64,000 nucleotides of DNA, from NCBI GenBank assembly GCA_004764695.1, contig SMSO01000008.1, positions 310,001 through 374,000 on the forward strand. The letters are read 5' to 3'. Position numbers and translations under genes: made by a program. The notes below the pieces were generated by a model. That model was not told the DNA's origin. It searched no databases and saw nothing but the letters and a program-made list of their open reading frames with translations. This stretch comes from Schizochytrium sp. TIO01 (Eukaryota > Protista > Bigyra: Labyrinthulomycetes). Below are positions 1 through 10,664 of the stretch, piece after piece. Numbering within the stretch: position 1 is the first letter of the stretch; each line of letters starts with the position of its first letter.

Positions 1-503
1 AAAGCCCGATCCAGCCCGGTCAGACTACTCCTACTCCTTGCCAGCAGCTTCAGCGGTGGCGTGGCGCTTCATAAGACCGGTGTCCACAAATACCGTGCCA
101 TTTTTTGTACAGCGACTGGGTCACGGTCTGGTGGTGGACGTGAAGCTTGGAGATTGGAGTTTGGAGTTCAAGATTTGAGTTGCCTTGTTTCCTTGTTTCC
201 TTGTTTGGTGCTGTTTGGCTGCGGTTTGGCTGCGGTCTGGCTGCGGTCTGAGCAACGTTCACTACCTACCAGGCTAGAGCTGGCAAGGAGAAGGTCCCTG
301 TTCAGCAAGTACTTTTGACACGAAAAATAAAGAGGGACCACTTTTTCTAGCACGAACGATCGGCACTAATTCTTCGGGGTGAATTTGATTCACGGATTCT
401 TCGTTACGCTGGATTGATTTTGATTTGGCTAGAGGGTTTCTAGCTGAGAAGACGGAACTGTTGCAAACAAATCCGTATATCGGAGTGAATTTAACCAGGA
501 ATT

Positions 504-3479
504 ATGACGCTTGAGAGCGGCCTCGCAAATTTAGGAGGGCTTGAGGAGCTTCTGGCAGTTTATGATGAGCTGGGCGGAGCTGCAGAGCCTGAATTAGAGG
601 ACTTAGTCAGCCCTTATCGAAGGTGCCTGGGTGCTTATGAAATATTGCTGAAAGAACCACCCTTTTCACAGTCTCTTGGTGATGAGGCAAAATGCTATCT
701 CATGAATGATGCCATCCTCATCGGGCTCGACACTAAAATGACTGGGAAGACCGCTAGACAAAAACGTATGGGCACACTAGACAAAAAGGACAAGAAGAAC
801 GGACACTTGGAGATCAAAAGGGGGGCGCTCTCGCGCTTCAAAGGTAAATTCAAGCTGCTCCATTACCTTGATCTTCACAATTGCAGACTACGTGATTGCG
901 GCACAAACGAAAGTGGTTTTGTTGGATTGCAGCTGACACACGTTTGTCGCGACCTTGAATCTGCACCCAAGAAACGGAACGGTACATTTAAGATTGTCAC
1001 TAAGATTGCAAAGCTTGAACTTTGGTTTCCTACTGAAGATATGGCCAATGAAATGCATCAGCTTTTTCTTGAAGCTGTTGCAGAGAGCCTTGCAGAAGAC
1101 GAAGATGAGGACGATGGCGAGGATGTCGAAGCTGTTAGCTTGGGGGGTAGCGGCTCGGGTATTATCAAACGTTTCTCTTTCCGACGTCATTCAAATGCCT
1201 CTGGTCATTCAGGCAAATCTGGTTCATCTTCTGCTACTGGTGGCACCTCTGCTGGTCGCCAGCGCAAGTGGGCAGTAAACCGTTCTCGTCATGCCACACT
1301 GGAAAAATCGAATTCACAAGGTGGTGTCAGTGTTGGAGGGGCTCTTGCAAAGAAAGAGTCCGCGGCCCATCTTCCCCGCAACGCTTCCTTCGCGTCCAAG
1401 GGTGCCGGAAGCCAAAACGGAGATAGTGTAGGCGGTGGATTGCAGCTCTCTGATTTAGAGGAGCGTTACAACGTCACTCTTGCTGAAGTACCAAAGTCGC
1501 ATGACGGTGAGGTAGACACTAGCTCCTTTGATGTAGAATTTGGAGAGGGTCGACTTGGCCTAAGCCTCGCCAGTGGACCAGGAGTTGGTGTTATTGTTGG
1601 ATCTCTTGCCGAAGGTGGCTTTGCTGAAACTGCTGGTATTCTCGTCTCAGATCGCGTTTGCGCCATTAACGACGAAACAGTTGGCCTTGACGACCATTGG
1701 CAGGATGTCTTGCAAAAGCTTAAAGATTACGATCGTCCTGTTCATGTTCGTTTTGAGCGTTTCGCTGCGCGTACACATCAACTTATCGCTGAAAATGAGA
1801 AGCTTGCCTCCGTACGTTCCCCTATCGGCAAAGGCACTGATACCTCAGCTGCTAGCCTGGCCAAGGCTAGGGAACTGGAGCGAATCTTGCAAAAGACTGA
1901 ACGCATTCTCAATCGCGGATATGAAATGCGAGATCTTATCGTCAACCTTAAGGATGCACCATCCGTAAAAGACAACACGGAAGCCCGTGCCGCGGCCAGC
2001 GTTCTGGATGAGCTCTTTCGTACAGAGCTTTCTTATGTCCGCGACATGCATAATTTGGTTGCTACATACGTCTTACCCCTTCGTAACAAGCGCGTTCAAT
2101 GTCGTTGCCGTGACATTGAGGGCGGAAGTGTCATGTGCGAACATGGACTTCGGAGCACGTGTCGTCAGTACTCCAAAGATCTTCAACCCATGGTCACCCG
2201 AGACGATCTCAAAGGTATTTTCCTTAACGTTGAAACCCTTATGTTTGTCAACGTCGAGCTGCTTCGTATCTTGGAAATGCGTCTCGGTGAGTTAGCTGCC
2301 GGAGGCAAAGAAATCACTCTCGATGGAGTTGTTAAAGTTTTTGCCAAATCCTTCCTCGATGTTCTTCCTTTTTTCAAACTCTATTCAGAGTTTTGTCATC
2401 AATACACTCACGCGGTTGATCGCCTTTTGCTGTTGCGTAATACAAACTCAGCAGCAAATGACTTCATCAAGGATATCGAGCGCACACAAGCTGAGGAGCC
2501 AGACCCCTCAAAGAGAACTCTTACCCTCTCCAGCTTGCTTATTAAACCTGTGCAGCGAATTTGCAAGTACCCTTTGCTCTTCAACGAGCTTATCAGGCAT
2601 GCCAAGCCATGTGTAAATGATCTGATTGACCTCGAATTGGCTGCGACTGAGGTGCAAAGGATTGCAGAATCGGTGGATGATCAAGTAGGTGAAGGAAAAC
2701 AATTCGAAGCCTTCATGGATGTTTATCGCAGCCTTGGAGGCGAAGCCCAAGTTCCAGACCTGGTGACCCCAGCTCGTCGCTTTGTAGGCGAGGCCCTCAT
2801 TATGTTTAAGATGGCGCCTTTCAGCAGCACCACAGCAGCACCCCGCACCCTTTTCATTTTCAATGACTTGGTTATTGTTGCCAGAGATAGCGCATCAGGA
2901 ACTTCGACGCGTAGACGTTCAACCAGACGGATTTCCATGTCTCGTCGCTCCGTCATTCGCACAGATGGCAGTGGAGGAGACGAGCAATCCGTAACTCGCT
3001 CTATTGCTCGTTTCTTCTCCAATATTTTCACTAGCGATGAAAGTGAGCACAAGGGATCTCGAAAAAATCTGAGTTCCGGCCATTATTACAAGATAACGAA
3101 CCAATTCGAGCTTCATCGATGCCAACTTGGTGAAATGCAAGTCACTGGAACTGACTCTCGTCCTGAGTGTTCCTTTGTTGTTACATCAAAGGAGAGAGTG
3201 CTGGATACTGATGGTAAGTCAACCATGTCTAGCAAAAGCTCAAATAGCAATGGCTCTGGTAAAGTACGCACCGAAGTGAGTCGGTACATGCTTATCTTTG
3301 ATGATGAACATTACATGGAGACTACTTACAACATTTTGCAAGACTCGATCAATACATTACAACATCGAGCCAAAGAAGTCGCCCGTGGTCGTCAAGAGTT
3401 CGGGGCACGCCGTGAACGTCGCAACTGGGCCAAAAAGACCAACGGTGCCCTAAAAGCGCGTGTTCACGGTGATACCTGA
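504..3479 (+). CDS. Dbl-family Rho/Rac guanine nucleotide exchange factor, PH-PDZ-DH-PH architecture
   Basis: 991-aa ATG-initiated ORF. PDZ-like segment FDVEFGEGRLGLSL...GVIV..LAEGGFAETAGILVSDRVCAINDETV (~1527-1760). DH hallmarks VLDELFRTELSYVRDMHNLV, IFLNVETL and LSSLLIKPVQRICKYPLLFNELIRH (~2000-2600). Following PH domain LVTPARRFVGE...RTLFIFNDLVIVA, plus a second PH-like unit at the N-terminus. An upstream exon cannot be excluded. Confidence 0.9.
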   Translation: MTLESGLANLGGLEELLAVYDELGGAAEPELEDLVSPYRRCLGAYEILLKEPPFSQSLGDEAKCYLMNDAILIGLDTKMTGKTARQKRMGTLDKKDKKNGHLEIKRGALSRFKGKFKLLHYLDLHNCRLRDCGTNESGFVGLQLTHVCRDLESAPKKRNGTFKIVTKIAKLELWFPTEDMANEMHQLFLEAVAESLAEDEDEDDGEDVEAVSLGGSGSGIIKRFSFRRHSNASGHSGKSGSSSATGGTSAGRQRKWAVNRSRHATLEKSNSQGGVSVGGALAKKESAAHLPRNASFASKGAGSQNGDSVGGGLQLSDLEERYNVTLAEVPKSHDGEVDTSSFDVEFGEGRLGLSLASGPGVGVIVGSLAEGGFAETAGILVSDRVCAINDETVGLDDHWQDVLQKLKDYDRPVHVRFERFAARTHQLIAENEKLASVRSPIGKGTDTSAASLAKARELERILQKTERILNRGYEMRDLIVNLKDAPSVKDNTEARAAASVLDELFRTELSYVRDMHNLVATYVLPLRNKRVQCRCRDIEGGSVMCEHGLRSTCRQYSKDLQPMVTRDDLKGIFLNVETLMFVNVELLRILEMRLGELAAGGKEITLDGVVKVFAKSFLDVLPFFKLYSEFCHQYTHAVDRLLLLRNTNSAANDFIKDIERTQAEEPDPSKRTLTLSSLLIKPVQRICKYPLLFNELIRHAKPCVNDLIDLELAATEVQRIAESVDDQVGEGKQFEAFMDVYRSLGGEAQVPDLVTPARRFVGEALIMFKMAPFSSTTAAPRTLFIFNDLVIVARDSASGTSTRRRSTRRISMSRRSVIRTDGSGGDEQSVTRSIARFFSNIFTSDESEHKGSRKNLSSGHYYKITNQFELHRCQLGEMQVTGTDSRPECSFVVTSKERVLDTDGKSTMSSKSSNSNGSGKVRTEVSRYMLIFDDEHYMETTYNILQDSINTLQHRAKEVARGRQEFGARRERRNWAKKTNGALKARVHGDT

Positions 3480-5339
3480 AGATCGTTTTTGGATCATAGC
3501 TTGTTGAGATGGGCTAAAGATTTGGTACACTATGCCTCCAGAGCTGCACCGTTCATTGCAACCTCCCAACTTCCTCCTTACTGTTTCCCCACCTATTTGA
3601 GGTGTAGTACAGTATTTTTTTAATTCTAAAGCAGCACAGCCCTTGCGCTTGTCTTCTTTTATTCTGCAAGGCTGCTGCTTGCATCTGTCTATTTCTTTCA
3701 TTCTGATTTGAATATTATGAATCATAAAAATAATGCTATCACGAAATTTGTTGATCTTGATTGCTTGACCACCTTATAAGTTATGTCTTGTTTTCTTTTG
3801 GGGGCATTTTGATTTATGATTTCTCAAATCACCAACATCAAACCAGCAGTGAAACACATGTTCATTGATTGTACCGAGAACCTATCCACTCGCAATAAAT
3901 TTGATAAATCTAAATTTGATACTTCCAAAATATATATATGCGTACAAACTTGGGTCCGTGCATCCTTTATGGATTGCAAGAGTAAAGTAACTGTATGACT
4001 AGCTGCTTCCACAAATATGGGCTGCTGTTCAAGGGAACTTAACTGTCAATTGCGTAGTTGCTTGGGGGGATCTCTTCGCGAATACAAATCCCGTGCTGCG
4101 AGTCAATCAAGAATATTGACAGTTCCCTGTCCGGGAGAAGACGCACTTTTATCACACTATCTCGCCCATGCGATACACTCGTTTTATCTCTTCAACGAAA
4201 CAATGAACCTGGAGCGGATAGGCAAATTTTCATTGAGTAATTTTACTTTTACTTATTCTATAGATCATGGTGAGATCATCTATGTTCCTTTTCTTCCCTG
4301 GCATGCAGTATCAGTAACCTTTAAAAGTGGTGCTGGTGATGATCTTGAGTGTGGATATATGTCCATCAGTGTTTGTTCGCCTATGGTGTAACTAAGAATG
4401 GTCAACAGAACAGATGGTCTTACAGTGAAGCATAAGCCTTTAATTACTTTTTTTCTCCTTGAAGCTTTAAACCATTAATAATAATAATAATAATTATAAT
4501 AATAATAATTATAATAAGTAAGACCATGGGACATATTATTCGAACAGAAACAAGCTTAAAGCTTTACAGGATTATTATTTGAGTGAACATAACTTTGGAT
4601 GAGTTTGCTCATACTCACCGGAACTGTGTCCTTTCAGTCTCCAGTGACTGGCGATGTACGTATTACGAAAAGGCCTTCACGATGAACATCTTCGATGCCA
4701 AAAGGTTACTCTACAACTGAGAAGGGATGCTGATACATCATTACGACGTGACTTTGCAAGGCTTAAAGGAACACCTCTTTGACACCATGACGCGATTGCA
4801 GATGCTTAACACCATGACGCGTTTGCATCCAAGGAATGAAGGAAACAAGACAAGTGTCGAGAGGAGTTTGTAAAATAAATGAGACAGCAGACCCGAAATA
4901 CCCCAAGCGATCAGAAGCATTTGAATATACTTAAGCACAGTCCACAAGACAACCGACAATCCTAGTCCCAGGACTAACTAACATCTCAGAAATTTCCTCA
5001 ATTATCTCTAAGTAATCATAACTACGTCTCATTCGATTAAGGGCTCAAGATAACTCATTTGAAAATGTCACAGCAAGAAAAACCTTAACCTCCTCGTCTC
5101 AAACGGACGAGACGACCGATAGTAACCAAGGAAAGAAAACGTTCCTTTGTGAAGCTAGCTTTGATCAAACACGGTTCGATATACCTCCAGTAAAGGTTAA
5201 GGGAATACGTACCTAGATGATGGCCCGTGCAAAAGCACTTACGCATATGAAAATAAGGGTTAAAAACCATACGAGCATGTACGGACCCAGAAACTAAGAG
5301 TGATTTAGACTCAAAGTTATTTGACTTTCTAATACAGGC

Positions 5340-8300
5340 AGCGAAAGAAGAAGAAAAGATGATCACATTCCTGCTCGAAAGCAACGACGACATGTCAGGT
5401 CTCAAGGCGTGGGATATTCTCGAAACACATTATTTACTACCAAATAATGCAGGAGCCATAACTTTGATCAAAATATTCCGAACCATAACCTCGAAAAGGG
5501 AGTCACAACGAAACTTCAAAAGGGAAAAGCAGGCATCAAACTCCTTTATGCCCAGGCATCAGAAATCTGGGAAGAACTAGTAAAATCTGTGGACCCAAAC
5601 AACACGTTGGAAGAATTGTTTGCATTTTCTATGCTTGCTGCTTTTGATAAGACGGATGAATGCCCACCCACCTACTTTGGAGTTCAAGACATTACTCGCG
5701 GGTAACAGAAATAACGCAGATCTATATTCAGAGGAATTAGCTAACGCAACACTCGAGATAAATGAGCATCTATACTCAGTTACCAGTTAAATAATCAGCC
5801 ATAGTGCCTCAAGGTTCAACCAATCAACAAAATAACAGACGGTACAATCGGAAACGTGCGTACCGTAGTACGATTGTAGGCAAAAGGTGCGGTTAGAATG
5901 GACACTATGGCAATGAATGCAGAACCAATTGAGAACCACAATCGCATCAACAGTCTTGCTGAAAGGTGATACTGATTAGCGTGAGGTTGACTGTAAAGAT
6001 GAAGGCAAGAAGCTTGATGAAGGTTATAAGAAGATTGATTTAAGTGTTAGCGAACTGCTGTCCTGGGGAATGAATTCCAGGACAGATGGATTCATGTAGT
6101 AATTAGGGAGATTAAGACATTCTTGAATGTGGTTAGAGATAATCGATGGGGTTAGGTTATCCAACCTTGTCCAACCATCGATCCAAGCTAAACCAAGCTT
6201 GGTTGTCGGTAATATGCGTTCACACTTCTAGTTCTTGGCTTCAGCAGCCACATGAGTCTGGCTGCCTATTCTTGTTCTAATGTAAACCTTATCTCTATTG
6301 GGTTTTACAAAGAATTCTAGCAATGTCTTGTCCACTAGTTCCTTCGATTGGAGATCTCAGCAGGTCTACACATTCTCGCGCTACTCGACCGTGTCAAAGA
6401 CGTTCACACAACGCTTAGCAACCTTTCCCACCATCAAACAATCGAAATGAAGATCTAGCCTTGCGAAACACTCATATTTCCACAGGTCCTACAATGCCGA
6501 CAATTCCTACAATTCCTACTCCGAACAACTTCGATACTTATGTCAATGGTTACGGCTTTCATGTGGGACCTCCATAACCTTCCAACATGGCTATCTTAGA
6601 TATGGGATACTCCAAGACAATCACTGCCAATCGCTCTACATTTTAATAATTTGAAATTTTCCCGACACAAGTCGCGTGGAAGTGACAGGAGGCTCACACC
6701 GTAGAATTACCCTAGGTGGAGTCGCACTCTTTGAAGTTACAACCACCGAAGGAATAACTGCGGAGATTCGCCTCGTTGCAAACTACTGCCCAGATACGAA
6801 ATCAATTCTCATATCTACAGGAGATCGTATTAAACAGGGCTTTGATATCCACTTACGGCAACCAACTTTGGACACCCCTAGTACAGAACAAGTCCTGTTA
6901 GGCTCATTTTGTAGATCCCCAAGGCCCACGTGCAGTATCAAACAATATGTTTTGGCAACAACAAACGCCCAAGTCAATAACAAAGAATGCATTTACGTGT
7001 AGGTTATCCTACCATACGGATGTCACATACATTATGCATTCAGGTGGCCACAATCAACTTTAAATACCCTCGATGCATGCTCACTAATATTAAGATGAGA
7101 CTTTTCCTACATGGACCAAACGAAGAACGCTCTCACAAGCTAAAACAAGCCGCTACACTCGATGTAGGAGGGCCACTTCCTGTAGACGGTTTACCTAGGA
7201 AGATTCGATATACATTAATAGCCCGAGATTTAGCTTCAGATATTGCATAACCATACGAAATGACCACTCTGAGTGAAGCGTCAATCGCTCTCAAACGATG
7301 GCATGCAGACTGCCCCACGGCCGCTATTCAATATTTTATCACTTGCTCTAAATGAACCAGAATTGAGTTCCCTCTTTCATGAGGACGGGCAATGATGAAA
7401 ATAAACATGATCAAAATGCATCAGCTAGAACGTCATTCCACAATAAAGGAAAGACTCAAACTTACACCGAAGACAATTATGAAAATGACAACGATAAAGA
7501 TATAAATCTACACAGAAACCTGCAATAACAACAGGCGTCCGGTGCGGTAGTCGTGTATGAACTCCAGTAACACATGTTTAAACATAGATTCTGAAACTGC
7601 ATTGGCGCAGCAAATAGACATACATATAGTGCAGTGACTACACATGTAACCCGGATGAGGAAGCAGTCCCGTTCAGACCTCTTAGGAACGGGGCCACATT
7701 TCACTAGCAATCTTTTGGAAGTAAATGATTCAAATTACGAAAATCTATTACTTTCACCGATCCTGGACTAAGCTAGGGCGAGGCTATAACCTGCGTGTGA
7801 ACATCATTTAGTTCACAATGGTTCAGGTTCTCCACTCACATAATCAAAAGTGACAGCCGCATGATCGCTGGTCACTCTTCCAAGAACTAAGGACTGGCTC
7901 AACTCCAAAATACTTAAGTTCGAAATGAGATATGAGATCACCAATTAAAGGATCACATGGACAAAACATTGCTAGGGTCTTTGGCATACCATTTTACATT
8001 TTCGGATACCAAGTTATATTTGAAAGGGAAACCAGAGCAACTGGATAAATTGTTGAGAACTCAAGAAATTCAAGGTCACAATCTTACTGCCATCTCCAAC
8101 AGAAGGTGAGTAGTAGAGCCCCAGATTGATGGTCAGTTAGACATAATAAGGGAAACCTGTTTACTTCTGCGTTATACAGATAATGTTGGTCATAGTCTTC
8201 CAATTCACTTTACAATGAATCACTTCATATTATAGTTTGTTTCTTAGGATAGCAAATTGCCAACTCTAAACCTATTTTTACAAAGCCTCTTTAACGCTTA

Positions 8301-8812
8301 TTTAAACTATCTAAAATATTGTCTTCATTATAAACACCCTTTAGCTAGCAAGATCACAGCTTTCTTTCAGGGAATTAAAAAAGACGGAAATGTTCATACG
8401 AATGTCATCGGAAACAATCACGATCACCAAGCTTCTGAAGCAGTCTCCACTTTTGAAGTGTAACTTCGGCCTGAGATTTATTGACGCAGAATCAATAATT
8501 TCTGTCTTTGAAAAATACACCTCATACAAAAGAAAATTATCCATCCCAAACTTCCATGACGAATTATTGGCGTGACCTATATCAGAAAATTAAAGGCGTT
8601 GTAGCACATTTAACAACCATACAGAAAGTTAGGATTTATCTATGACTAATTCGCGACGGGAGACCACAGAGCGATAGGAATCTAAGTTTACATGCCTTCA
8701 GCATATTATAGCAAATCTTCTAACAAAGCACCTCGAACCAAGCCATAACAAGTGGTGATTGATACTTGATAGCAATGTGGAGCGAGCCAATACAATATCC
8801 TAAGGAGGGAGT
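5340..8812 (+). mobile_element. Degenerate Ty1/Copia LTR retrotransposon relic (gag-PR-IN-[RT]-RH fragments)
   Basis: Motifs occur in Copia order, broken by stops and frameshifts. Gag-like SGLKAWDILETHY (~5395). Decayed zinc knuckle GKRCG*NGHYGNEC (~5880-5920). Protease-like AILDMGYSKTIT (~6590) and YCPDTKSILISTGDRIKQGFDIH (~6790). Pre-integrase HLRVGYP and integrase TLDVGGPLPVDGLPRKIRYTLIARDLAS (~6990-7240). RNase H end IANLLTKHL (~8708-8734), then purine tract AAGGAGGGAG (~8802-8811). RT is barely recognisable and no LTR pair was found. Confidence 0.8.
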
Positions 8813-9299
8813 TCTTCACAACATCAGCTATGCAATTTGTGCATGAGACTCGGCAACTGACACTCCTCAATCATGTGTCATACTAATCCTTGTGAAGTCG
8901 CTAAGGCACTCAAGAAATCCAATCTTAGAATGAAAGGAATCATATGTTGTCCAGCACGGGTCTGAGCATTACATTCACACTTGGCGTTGAAAATGCCAAA
9001 CATAAAACTAGTATTTTCACTCTTGGGCAGGCTTTGTTCCAGGGTTTTCGATCTACTAGTTTCACTAAACCTTTAGAAATTCCTAAAAAGGATCAGCTTT
9101 GAGGATACGTTGCACGTGTTTCCTAAAAGAATATAGTGGTCTGCAGATTGGTAGAGGTATAATCTCTAAATTAAATAGTGCCTAGACAACATATCAAAGT
9201 TAGTGCGAACTTCTGTAACTCATTCAACATCCATCCTCATCACTTACTGTACTGTTAATTTAAAAACTGATGTCCTCATGCTCTTGTTGATTGTAGAGA

Positions 9300-9935
9300 T
9301 TTTTAGCACGAGGAAGCATTTCGCAACAGAAACAAATCTTGACCATCCGCGATCGTTTCGGATTCATAACAGTCAACTGACAATACTACCTACCACCTCC
9401 AGGTTCTTCCACAAATGTGGTCTTGTTATCCTACTTTACGCTTTAAGTTTTTCCTTCAATTGGGATACTCGCTGGAAGACAATTTCAGGGAAGTCAGATC
9501 CTCATCCAAATCATCATGGAATACATATATTGTCGTCCCCAGAGCCAGCAAGCCAGCAAGTGAATAAAAACTCGAAGCTTAACAGCCTTTTCATTGCCTT
9601 TTCCCAAAGGAAGGTTGACTTCGAAAGACCAATCATGTTTACAAACCCATAGTACTTATTAGGTAGGTAATATTACCTGCTAGCATAACCAGATCTTAGA
9701 CGACAAACCATTGACGCACTCATCGCAAACATCCAACAGCAGATTCGTGAGGGCTGGCTGTTCCGGGTTGAACCAGTCTGCGAACATTTACAACTTGAAG
9801 GTGGGTGAGGGTCAGGGCTGCCAAGAACATGTATTGCGCAATCCACAAAGATAACGCCAATCGATAACGTAGGTCACCTAGCGAGGTCTACAAGAACCGT
9901 CGCAAATCAACTTCAATCAAACTACCCATATTCCC
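9300..9935 (-). mobile_element. Second Copia-like integrase relic, opposite orientation
   Basis: Minus-strand translation from 9929 gives MGSLIEVDLRRFL*TSLGDLRY and then, after a frameshift, GVIFVDCA. This matches the Copia integrase L-x-H-x-D-L-x-GP...SLGG-x-RY-x-x-x-FVDD pattern. A weaker FLWEKA match lies further downstream. Confidence 0.5.
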
Positions 9936-10664
9936 AATCTCAGACGCCACGATCGCTGTCATCATGAACACTTCTTTCCACCATCAAATCTCTCTCTGAG
10001 TCACACGAAGAGGCCCTCAAAGCGATACCCCCCGATCCAGACTGCTCCAGTCCATGGAGAGAATAAAGCCCTCAAAGAACCTCCTTCTTCAGAGCTTTCC
10101 TCGCGCGGTCTCTCTTAGGTTCACAGGGGTTTTAATTCGCGCTAAACGAGCTGTTCTTTTATTCTTTAAGAGTGAGACTAAGACTAACTCATGATGCTAC
10201 CTACTACACTTCCAATGATCATTCATTCACTTATTCATTGGCTCACCTGGTCAGTTGGTTAGAAGAAGCGCTGTTGCTTCATCTTTATATTTTACATTAT
10301 ATAGTCCTTGAAGTTTAGAGTCACTCGTTGATCGATATAATTCCGATGAATACAAACCCCAATAAATAATGCTAGTTACCCACTGAAACCACTTGTAGAA
10401 TAGAAGAGTAGAAAAGGTGTCTACGAACTGCATCATAAACTCAGTGTCTGCCACCAAACTAGCGCCTCACGACTGGCCTTTGCGTGTCCAGTGGCGGCGC
10501 AACAGCTCCGGAGCTCCTGCCGGCGCCTCGTGCTTGCTCACTCTTCACGCATGGGCCGCCGCAACATCGATCACGCCTGCCCCCGTTCTTTTCTGTGTAA
10601 CCCAGCCATCGCAGGCGTCGCAAAGCCTTATCACGGTGGGCCTGAGGACCGTGCTGGCAGCACC

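Noticed and set aside
3816-4391. Short ORFs after the RhoGEF (possible transposase relic)
   Set aside because: No identifiable motif; left unassigned.
4700-5200. 5' LTR of the Copia relic (contains a short ACACCATGACGCG.TTGCA tandem)
   Set aside because: No matching copy after the purine tract at ~8812, and no clear TG...CA ends or PBS.
10491-10664. GTG/TTG starts in the ORF track for paralogs A, B, C, E, F, H and I
   Set aside because: The context is eukaryotic. Downstream ATGs were preferred, supported by Kozak-like context or homologous N-termini where available.
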